A DNA stretch of 64,000 nt from Camelus ferus (Eukaryota): contig NC_045696.1 in assembly GCF_009834535.1 (NCBI RefSeq), forward strand, positions 49,850,001 through 49,914,000, in the 5' to 3' direction. Below are positions 40,842 through 53,619 of the stretch, piece by piece. A model generated the notes under the pieces. That model had not been told where the DNA came from, searched no databases, and was given only the letters and a program-made list of their open reading frames with translations. How positions within the stretch are numbered: the first letter of the stretch is position 1; each line of letters begins with the position of its first letter. The translations under genes and the position numbers were made by a program.

Positions 40842-42388
40842 GTGGGTATTCAAGCTTTTACCAGGACTTTCTCAGGAACAGAGAGCTTGTCAGGACCATT
40901 GTTACTGATGCTGCATATCCTGGGTCTTTGTAGCTGTTATCTCTGACCACATAACAAACTACCCCCAAACTCGGTGACTTACAACAATCACTTGATTCCG
41001 GATCATCCATCTGTGGGTTGTGTGAGATATGACTGATCTAGGCTGGGCTCAGCGGGGTAGCACTGCTTTAAGCAGTGGTCCTCCTGAGCTTGGTTCTTCA
41101 CAGGTTGGGGTCACTATTCTCCTCATGGTTCTTCTCCTTGTTGAGCTAGTGGGCTGGGAGAAGTGTTCACCCGACCATATGACACCATTGGCAGCACTTT
41201 CTCCTAAAGATCCAGAGTTAGATTTCAATACAATTGCAATAGTGACGCTATTTAACCGTTTTCATATTGTTGGGAAAATATTATAATTAATATAGCTAAC
41301 CATGAAAAAATCATATTCATGAAAAATAACCTGTGACTCTACATTTTTTTAATTGACAAAACAAAATATAACCCTCTTAGCTTATGCTTCATTGACCTTT
41401 TAAATCTATAGGGTCTTCTATTCCCTAAGAAAAGGATACAATTATAGTGATTGAGGTTGCTTTTGTTTTTTTATATTATTATGATTCCCTACCACGATGC
41501 TCCAAACAAAAGTGATTATTGTTACTTCATAACAAGGATCGTTCTTTGATCCTTATTTCTCATCATGCCAATTTGGAAGCTGTTCTCCAGGCGTTGACTT
41601 GGTACTCTCAGAGACTTAATAACTGTTTCAGGGCAGCAATGCTCTCCCCCTGCCCCTCACAAGACATACATCTGAAAAAACAGGAGCAGATAACAAAAAT
41701 GATAACTTTTCAAAAAAACCCAGAAATGTCTAAGGAAATCATACTCTATAAGAGTGCTTGCTAATATACTGTGTCTGTCACATGGCTATAGGCAATTCAT
41801 AAAAATATACCAAAGAAGAAATATTGTAATAGATTTACACTGGTATTTCCCAATTCAGGAAATAAATTTCTCAGGATAAAATAATTTAAAAGAGAGTTTT
41901 CCTTACCAATAGACTACAAGTCTGCTGCTTTTTAAGGTCTCACATTCGTTCACCTAGTCAACAAATCCTTAGTGAGCACCTACTACTTGATCAGGGGCTT
42001 GAAATACAGAGATGAATACGACAAAATCCCCAATCTCAGGATACTCCCACTTTGTTTAGGAAGGTAGACAAGTTCAACTTAGAAAACAGCTTATGATTTT
42101 TATTTTCCTTAAAATCTTAACGATGCATTTAATTGTAATTAGATAAACAAACCACCAGAGTTTCATATATTTAACGCACAGCTAGAGTCAGATCTGACAC
42201 ACTCAGGGTGCTAGGAATCACACCAAAGTGTAAACATTTGCTTTTCCTCATGGAGGTGTCAGTTTTGAGGAAACACAGTTTTGTTTGATTTAAGTCATCC
42301 TAAACACTTGCACCTTTAAAGGGCACTGCTGGCCATCAGTCTGCTGATGTCTCAGGCTCACAAGACTTCATGTCTGTTCTCGTTCCAG

Positions 42389-42499
42389 TGACCCTTAAAC
42401 CTGCCTGCAATGCCAGCTCCTTCAGGCAGCACAGCCCTCTGGTCTGCGATGGCTTCAGGGACTGTGAGGATGGCCAGGATGAGCAGAACTGCACTCAGA
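42389..42499 (+). CDS. TMPRSS7: TMPRSS7 exon 13 (LDLa 2, four Cys)
   Basis: (V)TLKPACNASSFRQHSPLVCDGFRDCEDGQDEQNCTQ. Confidence 0.93.
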
Positions 42500-42705
42500 G
42501 TGAGGAAGACCCCTCTGTACTTTGCTGTTCTTCCTAGCAGACTCTTCTAAGTCAGAACTGAAATAACTGTTGAGCTAAGGCAATTGACTTGTCCCAGTGT
42601 TCCCAGGACTCCCCCAGTTTTAGCACTGAAAATCCCAGGTCCCAAGAATCCTCTTGGATGCAGACAAAATGGAAAAGTTGGCCACTTTATCTGGGGTGGG
42701 GTGGA

Positions 42706-42710
<5 letters not shown>

Positions 42711-42746
<36 letters not shown>
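42711..42746. repeat. (TG)18 microsatellite
   Basis: Direct read. Confidence 0.95.
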
Positions 42747-42749
<3 letters not shown>

Positions 42750-43313
42750 ACTGGAAAACTTTTCTTGCTTACTTGCTTTTAAAGCTGTTCCAGACTAAAG
42801 GATACTGAGATTCTGATACAGCAGGACTTGCCAGATACCATAATGGGGCGTGTTCTATTCCAGCTCCTGCAGAAACACACACCACCTGAGATGTGAACAA
42901 ATATGCTATAATTCATAAAATCTGTCCATTCCCCTGCCTCTAATGGCATAAAAGGACTAAGTATGGTGTTGACTTTTGCTCAAACATTTTCTTGGAGAAT
43001 AAGACAAAGTAATGGCAAAGAGATCATGGCTTAAGTCACTGATATGGCCAATTGCCTTGCATCTCACTTACAGTGGAAGAAAGGAGAGGCTGTTGGATTG
43101 ATTCTCAACAGGTGTCCCTGCCTGTCTTCCAGTGAAGCTGTTGAGATGCAGGGACGGGACACATGGGGTTGCTTCATTTCCTTCTGCCATGTTTCCCAGA
43201 GCAGCAAACACTGATCCTGTAGCTAAGCCATCCTTCATGGATGGAGTGCAGTATCATTCACTCAAAATTGTTTCTGGGAAGGAAAAACTCTTCCTTCTTC
43301 TGCTCATTTTTAG

Positions 43314-43430
43314 GTATTCTATGCAGCAACAGAACTTTTAGGTGTGGCAATGATATTTGCTTTAGGAAACAAAATGCAAAATGTGATGGGACTGTGGACT
43401 GCCCAGATGGAAGCGACGAGGAAGGCTGCA
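43314..43430 (+). CDS. TMPRSS7: TMPRSS7 exon 14 (LDLa 3)
   Basis: (S)ILCSNRTFRCGNDICFRKQNAKCDGTVDCPDGSDEEGC. Confidence 0.95.
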
Positions 43431-43779
43431 GTGAGTAGAAACACGTTCCCCCTGATTCCTTGTACTTTCCTCCACAGTTGATTTGTCTTGCATTTGCATT
43501 CCCTTCTTGGTATAATCCCCCTGGCAGAAGTTGCCACAGGCCAGGGAAGAATAGTAAATATTAATTAACTGAATCTGAAATGGTTTCTCAGAATTAAAAT
43601 CCTAGAGTGGATTCTATCTTCTTTTTTGACAAGCATTAATGCACTGGATGTTTATAATGAAAATTTTTCACTGTCTAATAACTCTAATCAGATAAGTTCT
43701 TTAAAAAAAAAAAACCTATGAAAAAAGAAGTAAGTACTGGAATGCCGTTAATGATTATGTTAATTATGCTGTATGTTAA

Positions 43780-44760
43780 GATCTGTAGGTTGTCTTTTCA
43801 TTTTGTTGATGGTATCCTTAGCTGTGCAAAAGCTTTTAAGTTTAATAAGGTCTCATTTGTTTATTTTTGCTTTTATTTCCATTACTCTAGGAGCTCGTCT
43901 GAAAAAAATATTGCAGTGATTTATATCAAAGAGTGTTCTGCTTATGTTTTCCTCTAGGAGTTTTATAGTATCTGGTCTTACATTTAGGACTTTAATCCAT
44001 TTTGAGTTTATTTTTGTTTATGGTGTTAGAGAATGCTCTAAGTTCATTCTTTTACAAGTAGCTGCCCAGTTTTCCCGGCAACATTTATTGAAGAGACTGT
44101 CTTTTCTCCATTGTATATTTTTGCCTCCTTTATTATAGATTAATTGACCACAAGTGTGTGAGTTTATTTCTGGACTTTCTATCCTGTTCCGTTGATCTAT
44201 GTGTCTGTTTTTGTGCCAGTACCATACTGTTTTGATTACTGTAGTTTTGTAGTATGGCCTAAAGTCAGGGAGCATGATTCGCCAGCTCCATTCTTCATTC
44301 TCAAGAATGTTTTGTTTATTCAGAGTCTTTTGTTTTTCCATACAAATTTTAACATTTTTTTGCTCCAATTCTGTGAAAAATGTTTTTGGGTTTCTGATAG
44401 GCATTGCATTGAATCTGTATATTGCCTTGGGTAGTATGGCCATTTTAACAAGTATTGATTTTTCCAACCCAAGAACATGACATTTCTTTCCATCTGCTTG
44501 TGTCATCTTCAGTGTCTTGCAGTTTTTGGAGTACAGATCCTTTGCCTCCTAGTAGATTTATTCCTAGGTATTTTATTCTTTTTGAGTGATTGTAAATAGG
44601 ATTGTTTCCTTAATTTCCTTTTAATGCTTTGTTGGAGTCAATTTGCTAGTATTTTGTTGAGAATTTTTGCATATATATTCATAAGTGATATGGGCCTGTA
44701 ATTTTCTTTTCTTTTTTGTGATATCTTTGTCTGGTTTTGGACTTAGAGTGATGGTAGCAT
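43780..44760 (-). mobile_element. L1 ORF2 fragment
   Basis: ORF 44018-44506 ([17 protein letters not shown]...[27 protein letters not shown]) is L1 ORF2. Confidence 0.92.
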
Positions 44761-46433
44761 CTTTTACCCAAAAGAAAACAGTCTTTTCAAGCAACACATG
44801 GAAAATACCCCAAACCTGAATTTAGTACACAAAAAATGATGTTGAACACTGTCCATAGCGCAATAAAATTAGAAGTTTACATAATTCTTTTCACTCTTTA
44901 ATTATACCAGAAATCATAGCAAGAACTACGAGTTACTATGAATGACAATGAGAAATCTGTAGAAAATCTGTAGAAAATCTGTAGAAATTGATAAGGCAGT
45001 TCTCAGAGGGAAATATTTAATCCTAACTTAATTTATTAAGAAATAAGAAAGGTTGAAAAATGAGTACACACACATATCCAAAATTCCCATCCCCCCCAAA
45101 GTAATAAGAGGAGTCAGTTAATAAAGTTAAAAGCGCAAATTAATAAAATGGTACACAAAATGTAGCCTTAATCAAAAACACCAAAATCTGTTTTTTCTAA
45201 TGCTAATGATACAGATAAACTGGCTAGAGTAATCAGGGAAAACGAAGGCAGCCCAACAACATCCTCTCAACAACCCTGAACATCAGGAATGACGAGATGG
45301 GCACAGCGACACGTACAAATCAGGAGCCCCGAGTGGTGCATAAGTCCTGTTTCAGTGAGGGGTACTCTCAGTGGATGTGCAAAGTTCCAGGGCAACACCC
45401 GTTGTTAGGACAGGTGTTTCCTAAACATTGGCTTGAGATGTTGCAGAGCAGAGATGTGAAGAAATTGCTGCTTTTAGAATGCAGAGGAGAAAAGGGTATC
45501 AAAGCTAGAGTTTTAACATCTTGGGCGATTTTCCTCTTTGACTATGGAAGAAATAATTTAGTGGAAAGTCTACAATTCTTTGCTGCTTGTATGAAATTCC
45601 ATTTAGAGTCCCCCAGTCGGTAAATCCTGCGCTGTAGATGGTGTGACGCTTCCCCTTCCCACTCCGTGAAGGCTGATGGAGAGCAACAGCACGCAGGAGG
45701 AGATAAAAGCCCAGCAGCACTTCCTTCCGTGTAGCACAGGGAACTACACTCAACATCCTGTGGCAACCTTTAATGAAAAGGAATATACGTATGTATATGC
45801 ATGCCTGGGGCATTATGGGGTACACCAGAAATCGACACATTGTAACTGACTATATTTCAATAAAAAAAAACCAAACACGCCAGCAGCAAGGTGAGGGGTG
45901 GTGTCTTATGGAATCACAGGAGAAAGGTCTAACACAAGTAGGAAACTCAGCAGATAAGTGGGCAGTGCAGGTGTATGGTTTAGGCAATAGACTATGTGAA
46001 CCTATGTAACCTCCCTATTTAATTATTTTTAATATTTTTCTGTAGAAGAGGGACACACCCAATTTTAAGGCTTATTGCTAAATTACCTTCCAAAAAGGCC
46101 CTATTCACTTATACTCCCCCAAGTATTCCCAATTCTTTACAAATATAGAAAATTAATATTTTAAACATTATTCAACTTGATAGATGAAAAATTATATCTT
46201 AATTAGAAAGAGTTTTTATGTCTGTTTTATCTAGTGAAAACAGTTTCTAAATATCAAAGTCTTTGATAACAAAAATGGGGAAAGTAGAAAGAAAAACTCT
46301 TCCAAACGAATCACACGTTGAAATAATCCATGCAGACAGACGAAACAGCACAGCACAAACAATAGTGGCCAAATGGCTCCACTCTAGAAATTGTGTTTCC
46401 TGGATTCCAAGCAGGGCAATGGAGTATCTTTAC

Positions 46434-46515
46434 CTTGTGCCTCGCATAGCATCAGAGCTGACAAGAACCAGATCAGTTTGCAGGTGAACAGATGACAGAA
46501 GAGCCTCCTGAACAC
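46434..46515 (-). pseudogene. CD200 (OX-2)-like exon 2, signal peptide VFRRLFCHLFTCKLIWFLSALMLCEAQ(G); partial duplicate, functional status unknown
   Basis: Minus-strand acceptor TCTGTCCTTTGCTTTCTGTCTTCAG, 82-nt open exon, donor AAG|GTAAAG. Phase 0-1; 13/27 identical to recalled human CD200 VIRMPFSHLSTYSLVWVMAAVVLCTAQ. Confidence 0.85.
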
Positions 46516-48289
46516 CTGAAGACAGAAAGCAAAGGACAGAAATGGGCATTTGCATGAGGACAAGGCTATGGAAACTTTGATCTGATCACTATGTCAGGGA
46601 GTGTTGCAGCTACAGTTTAACCACTGGAAACCTTTGGTTTTGTGGCAGAAAAGCAGCAGCGTGTATCTCATTACGGTGGTCTCTAGCAATGGGAGGCCTT
46701 GGCATCACGGCAAGGGAACAGTGAAACAGAAAACACAGGAAAGCAAGGCACAGATGCTTTCTGCCCTTGAATTTCAACCAAGTTCTATTACCATCCTCCT
46801 GAACTCCCCATTCCTGGGGATCAGGCACAGAGCATCCTTTTCAGGACACAAACTGGTGTCTTAGCATAGACACTAGTCAGTCCCTCTTTGCTCCCCCAGC
46901 CTAGGGTCAGAAAAGCTGCTTCCTCCATCACCTTGTATTCTTCCCATCAACTCCTTCTTGGATGAACGTTTATCCTTGGTCTTTCAGCATTTAGGCTTTT
47001 AAAACTCAAATACTTAGGCTCTCGCTATTTAACAACTTTGACTTCTGAAACTAAAAAGTTTTTTTCTGGCATTCTAATCCCATATCAATTTTTTTTAAAC
47101 CATCATGCCACATTGAAATCCAGGCTTTAGCAAAGGCTGTTTTGAGGAATGCAGAATAATTTAGCTCTCAGCGTGAAAAATCTGTGTTTTAGGATAGGCG
47201 AGAAAGCCAAAACACAAGATATGTGAACTGGGAGCCAGCAGTGGTCAAGAAACAGAAGCACAGTGACTGAGGCAAAGGGAATTAGAAGGAAAGGCCTGCT
47301 ATTAAATATATACATATTTCCTCTGGCTGACTTGAGTTCAGGTGAGCACAAAGACTAGATGTGTAAGCTGGGACAGATCATTTTACATTTCTGAGATGCA
47401 GTAAAAATATTCCCAACCTTCTTTCTGTTAAAAAGACTAAATGCGGTCATATATGTAAAGCTCTTGGAACAGTGACTGATAGAAGTAAGTACTAAATCAA
47501 TGTTGCTGTTATCTCATTGGGTTACACTGAGAATTTAATATAGTGCCTAAGATATGGTAAATGCCAACATGTGTTACGTGGTCATAATAATCCATTAATC
47601 AAATTTTACAGTAATGGAAATGGAGAAGTCCATTTATAACCCGTGCCAAAAGCGCCAGGGTTCACAGAGCCCTGGCTCTTACCTGACAGCTGCCTGCCTG
47701 GCAGCTCCATTGTCCCTATACGTACCTCGTTACCCTGAAAGCTTCTAGGTCCAAATCCTGACCCTGACATATTACACAGTCACATGGACTTGGAGACATT
47801 TTCTGCCTGTTTCTTTGTGAAATTGGGTAATAATTCCTCCTTTGACGGATAGTTGTGAAGGTTAAGAGCATCTAGCACATGGTAAACATTACTTGAAGGC
47901 CTTTGTTAAGAAAGACATTGAAATAACCGGCTGTGGGGTCTTGCCAATAAACTATATATGAAAAAAATTCACCCTGAGGCATTACCTGTATTTGGATTTT
48001 AATTTTTATTGTTTTTTAAAAATTACACCAGTGTAAATGAAGACCCTCTCCTTCATTCTGTCATGTATACAGATCCTGAATGAACAAAATGTCTGTCTCT
48101 CATAGCCTGGGTTTTAACCCTGATGTAGCCGATCGTTTATGGCTTCCCAAGGCAAAGGCGCAGAGGATGGAGAAAGAGGCTGGAGCGTCATGGAGGGAGC
48201 GAGCTCTCCCAGGGACAGTAATCCCGAAATTCACAACCCCACCCCAGCTTTCAGGGCCTAAACGGAGCCAATACAGCACCCTCTATCCC

Positions 48290-48800
48290 TGCCACCAGCG
48301 CGCGACCCCCAGGCCCAGTTCCCCTCCAGGGATGTCAATGGTCTTCGGAGAAGCGCCTGCGGAGCCACCGCCCGGCGGCATCCTTTCTCTAGCACGTTGA
48401 GACAGAGAACCGGATGGCCAGAACGGCCTGTAAACCATCAGCTAGCAGGCAAAATCAGCTTCTCTGCAAGGATAAGCGCTGAGAGGAAAGCGCTAGCAAA
48501 AATCCCAGCTCCGGACCAGCCTGAGGAGGGCCGCAGCCTGGCGCTCTCAGCCCGCCACCGCCCCAGGGCCGCCGGCGCGACACCGCCCACCCCGAGCCCT
48601 CTTTCCCTCGCCTGGCCCGGCTCACCAGCCTCTCCATCCTCGCTCCTGGCCGCGCGCGCTGGCGGGCTTCAGCTGGAGGTCCGGAGGGATCTCACGCCAG
48701 ACCCGGCGGTGCTGGAGGAAGGTCCTCGCCACTAGGAAGCCCCCCGCAATCGCAGTGATTCCCCGCCCCTCACTCCTCCCCCTGCCCCGCCCCCTTACTT
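48290..48800 (-). promoter_or_regulatory. Intragenic CpG island / TATA-less promoter of the CD200-like unit
   Basis: Sharp CpG/GC enrichment against an AT-rich, CpG-poor background. Two GC boxes (GGGGCGGGG on minus) at 48761-48769 and 48785-48793, upstream of the MERL ATG. Confidence 0.75.
48626..48637 (-). pseudogene. CD200 (OX-2)-like exon 1 coding part (ATG GAG AGG CTG = MERL)
   Basis: Minus strand GCGCGCGCGGCCAGGAGCGAGG-ATGGAGAGGCTG|GTGAGC: strong Kozak, 4 codons, consensus donor. CD200 begins MERL on a short first exon. Confidence 0.85.
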
Positions 48801-51169
48801 TCCCCTGCACACACACAAACACACACTTAACACACATCACACACACAGAGGAGCCGAGGCCAGGTAGGTTAGTGCTAGGCAATTAAATGCCTTTTAAAAA
48901 CATGCTCATCTTTTTTCTATCTTCAAACAGTTCGAATTTTTCAGAGATGGCAACTGGGGAAACGGAGAAAGTGTTTGAAAAAAATATACACTTTTCCCAT
49001 TTTCATCTTACAGAGAGAAAGGATACAGGGCGAGATCGGAGGACGTGAAGCGTTTCACGGCATTCGCGCTGGGAGGAATGGCAGTCTGCGCTGTGGAGCA
49101 GGCATGTAGGAAATGATTTTTGAGCAGTGTTACAGTTTCCCCAGTTACCACCTCTGAAAAATGCAAATATTTTGAAGCCGAATCTAACCAAGAAGCACTT
49201 TACAAAAAACAAATGTATATTTATTTTTATCCAGAACCAAATTGTATCTTTAAGCCGTCAACGTCGCTCTTTCACCAGTGTGACTGGATTTCTTTTCTGT
49301 GAGGCATTTTCTAACACTTGCGTTGATGCTGAGGATTCTTATTTTAACAAGTTCCAGAGTTCTCGGCTCTTAAAAAATAAACAAAGACAAACAGATCAAT
49401 GAAGTGCTCAATTCCTAAAGCCTTTCCTGTTCGCCCACCAGCACCCCTCTGATAAGGTGCTGGAACAGAGCCTTTACTTAAGGATTCATGGGGCTGTAAA
49501 TCCCAGGGCTGTAAATAAAAAATGACTGATTTTTTTTTCAGAAAAACATTAACATAAAGTACACATTGAAAGGACCAAAAGATTCACAGAGTGGCAAACA
49601 GGCATTTAGAAGAGAAAGCCAACTTAAGGACATATTATAATGAAATGAAGAACATCAAAGTAAGGAAATCGAAGAGAAAATTCTTAAAGCTTCAAAAATG
49701 AAAAGTAGAGACACTGAAGAAAAGAAACAAAGTGACTTTGTCACAAGGCAGTGCTGGATGCAGGAAGGCAATGAGCTAATTTTCAAAATATTGAAGAAAA
49801 TCAGCTTTGACTTCCACTTTGCCTTTTATAAATATTGCTACAAAGGTATATTTTAAAAAATACTTTTCACTTTTGATTGTGTTATTCATAGAGGAAAGTG
49901 CATACCTCATGAGTACACAGTTTGAATTGCCATAGAGTAAACATGCTTGCATAGCTGTGAGCAGATAAAACCCTGACGGTTCCGAGCCCCACAGAGCCGG
50001 TTCCACCCTCTTTGCTCACTCTTCCTGCACTACCGCCTCTGCCACCACCCACTGCTGTCTTACTCTTAGCATCATGAAATAGGCCTGCCTGTTAGTGAAC
50101 TTGATATAAATGACGTCATGGAGTATGTCCCCACTTGTATCTGGGTTCTTTCACTCAACAGTAGATTTGAAAAATTCATCCATGATTTTGCATGTCAGCT
50201 GTGAGTCATTCATTCTCACTGCTGTATACTATCCCATTCTGTAAACACCACATTTATTTACTACTTTACTGTTACTAGACATTTGTGTGTTTTCCATTTG
50301 GGGGTTATTTTTAATAGTGGTGCTATAAACATTTTTATACATGGCTTTTCCTAAACATGTGTACATCATTCTGTTAGATTATTTTTTGTTTTATCTCTTC
50401 CTCTTCATTTTTAATCTTTCTCTATTCTTTTCTTTCCCAATTGTGTAGATGATATTTTGTGGGACCTCAATTTTTTAAAACTACTGAAAGACTCTGTCCT
50501 AAATTTTAAGAGCAAAATATTACAAAATGACAGGATGAAAAAAGATTTTGTTAAGCATATAAACCTCAGAAAATGTATTATATCAGGACTCTCCTTGAAA
50601 ACACTTTTGAAAAAAGCATTCTGGAAGAAAGAAAAATGAACCCAGGAGGATGCTACATAGAAAGATATGCAGAAAGGATATATAACTTATCAAAATTTGT
50701 AACTGCCTAAAAAAGCAAGATTCCCCCAAGTCATATATCTATAATAAAATAATTAAAAAATTCAAGCCTACATGGAAGGACGTAAGGGTTTAGGTAGTAA
50801 GATTATGAGAGGTAGGTGAGAATTATGCCAAGATGTATATGCTTAAGAAATAGACATTAAAAAATAAATATAAGTATTACTCTTAGTAAGTTAGGGCAAA
50901 GCATCAAAAGAATAGCATAATGTAAGACTCAGAATAGAAAAAGAATATTTAACCTAATGAAAGACAGCACAGGAGAAAATAGAGAAATATTACCAAAATA
51001 TAAAGGTCAAAAAAAAATGGAAAAAATGCCCTATTAGTAATTATGACATGTATGAATAAGTTACAAACACAAAAGATAGAGACTTGGGATACAGAAGAGT
51101 GAACCAAAGAGGGGAAAAAAGTTCCTGCCATCATGGAAAATAAATATTACTTTAAAAATTCTTTGGAAG

Positions 51170-51210
51170 AAGGGTGAAGGTATAGCTCAGTGGCAGAGTG
51201 CATGCCTAGC
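51170..51210 (+). mobile_element. 5' fragment of the same tRNA-derived SINE family
   Basis: GGTATAGCTCAGTGGCAGAGTGCATGCCTAGC, cut off abruptly at the L1 that follows. Confidence 0.65.
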
Positions 51211-53040
51211 TGTGGACTTATCATATATGGCTTTTATTATGCTGAGGTTAATTCCTTCTATACCTACTTTCTGAAGAGTTTTTTTTTATCATAAATGGAT
51301 GTTGAATTTTATCAAAAGCTTTTCTTTATCTGTTGAGATCATCATATGATTTTTATTCTTCAGTTTGTTACAGTGGTGTATCACACTGGTTGAATTGTAG
51401 GTATTGTACCATCTTTACATTCCTGGGATCAATCCTATTTGACCATGGTGCATGATTCTTTTTAAATATTGTTTAATTTAGTTTGCTAATATTTTGTTGA
51501 GGAAAGTTGCATTTATGCTCACCAGTGATATTGGCCTATAATTTTCCTTTTTGTGTGATATATTTATCTGGTTTAGGTATCCAGGTGATGCTGTCCTCAT
51601 AAATGAGTTCAGAAACATACCGTATTCTGCATTTTTTGAAAAAAATTTGGGAAGGATAGGTGTTAACTCTTCTCTAACTGTTTGATAGAATTCACCTGTG
51701 ATTTATCTGGTTCTGGTCTTTTGTTTGTTGGGAGTTTTTAAATTACTGATTTGATTTCCATACTGGTAATTGGTCTATTCACTATTTTGTATTTCTTCCT
51801 GCTTTAGTCTTGGGAAAGTGCACATTTCTGAAATTTCTCCATTTCTTCAAAGTTGTCCATTTTATTGGCATATAGTTGCTCATAGTAGTCTCTTATGATT
51901 CTTTGTATTTCTGTGGTGTCAGTCATAACTTCTCTTTCATTTCCAATTTTATTTATTTGGAACACTTCTCTTTTCTTCTTGATGTGTCTGACTAAAGGTT
52001 TATCAATTTTGTTTATCTTTTCAAAGAACCAGCAATGAGTTTCATTGATCTTTTCTATTTTTTAAGTCTATTTCATGTATTTCTGCTCTGATCTTTATGA
52101 CTTCTTTCCCTCTATTAACTTTAGGTCTTGTTTGTTCTTAATTTTCTAGTTCCATTAAGTGTAAGATCAGATTGTTATTTGAGATTTTTCTTGTTCCCTG
52201 AGGTACCCTTGTATCATTTGGACTTCTCTCTCAGAAATCTTTGGCTGTGTCCCATATATTTTGTATCATTGTGTTTTCATTTGTCTCCAGGTGTTTTTTA
52301 AAATTTCTTCTTTGTGATTTAGTGATTCGTTGGCTATTTAGTAGCGTATTGTTTAGCCTCCATGTGTTTGTGTTTTATGCAATTTTTTTCTTAGAGTTTG
52401 TTTTTAGTCTAATAGCCTCAGGGTTAGAAAAGATGCTTCATGTGATTTCAATCTTCTTAGACTTACTGCGACTTGAATTCTTCCATGAATTAGCACGTGA
52501 TCTATCCTGGAGAATGTTCCATGTGCACTTGAAAAGAATATGTATTCTACTCTTTTGGATGGAATGTTCTATATAGATCTACTAAGTTCACTTGGTCTGA
52601 AGTGTTTTTTAAGGCCACTATATCATTATTATTTTTCTGTCTGGACGATCTGTCCATTGATGTAAATGGGGTGTTATTGTCCCTTACTGTTATTGTATCA
52701 GTGTAAATTTCTCCCTTTATGTATGTTACTATTTCCTTTATATATTTAGGTGCTCCTAGGTTGAGTGTATATATGTTTGCAATTGTTACATGTTCCTGTT
52801 GGATTGATCCCTTTATCAATGTGTAATGTCCTTCTTTGTGTCTTGTTACATCTTTGTTTCAAAGCCTATTTTGTCTGATATAAGTATCACTTCCCTGGCT
52901 TTATTTTGATTTCCATTTGTGTGGAATACCTTTTCCATCCCCGTACCTTCCGGCTAGTGTATCTTTAGATCTGATGTGAGTTTCTTGTAAGTAGCATATA
53001 TATGGGCTTTTCTTTTCATTCACTCAGCCACTCTGTCTTA
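51211..53040 (-). mobile_element. L1 ORF2 fragment (endonuclease to RT region)
   Basis: ORF 52547-52819 MIKGSIQQEHVTIANIYTLNLGAPKYIKEI...LVDLYRTFHPK is the L1 APE endonuclease. Confidence 0.9.
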
Positions 53041-53084
53041 TTTTATTTCTTATTTTATTTCTCTGTCTTATTTTTACTTCTTAA

Positions 53085-53568
53085 TTTTTATTGAAGTTTA
53101 ATCGATTTACAGTGTTAGTTTCAGGTATACAGCAAAGCAATTCAGTTATACATATACATACATATATATTTTTTCAGTTTCTTTTCCATTACAGTTTATT
53201 ACAAGAAATTGAATATAGTTCCTTGTGCTATACAGTAGGTCCTTATTGTTTATCTAGTTTATATATAATATTGTGTATCTGTTAATCCTAAACTCCTAAT
53301 CTATCCCTCTCCCCTTTCCTTTTTGATAACCAGTGGTTTTTTTTTTTCTGTATCTATGAATCTATTTCTGGTTTATAAATAAAATTTGTATCATTTTTAA
53401 AAAATTCCACATGTAAGTGACATCATATAATAGTATCCTTTCTCTGCCTGGCTTACTTCACTTAATATGATAGTCTCTGGGCCCATCCATGTTGCTGCAA
53501 ATGGCATTACTTATTCTTTTGTATGGCTCAGTAACAGTCCATTATTTTATATATATATATAGACAAAT

Positions 53569-53619
<51 letters not shown>

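Noticed and set aside
42389..42499. LDLa repeat with only four cysteines as a sign of decay
   Set aside because: The recalled human TMPRSS7 has the same pattern, and the full ORF and catalytic triad are intact.
48080..48882. Several 60-112 aa ORFs over the CpG island
   Set aside because: Expected in stop-poor GC-rich DNA. Only the first four codons of 48455-48637(-) are meaningful, as the CD200-like exon 1.
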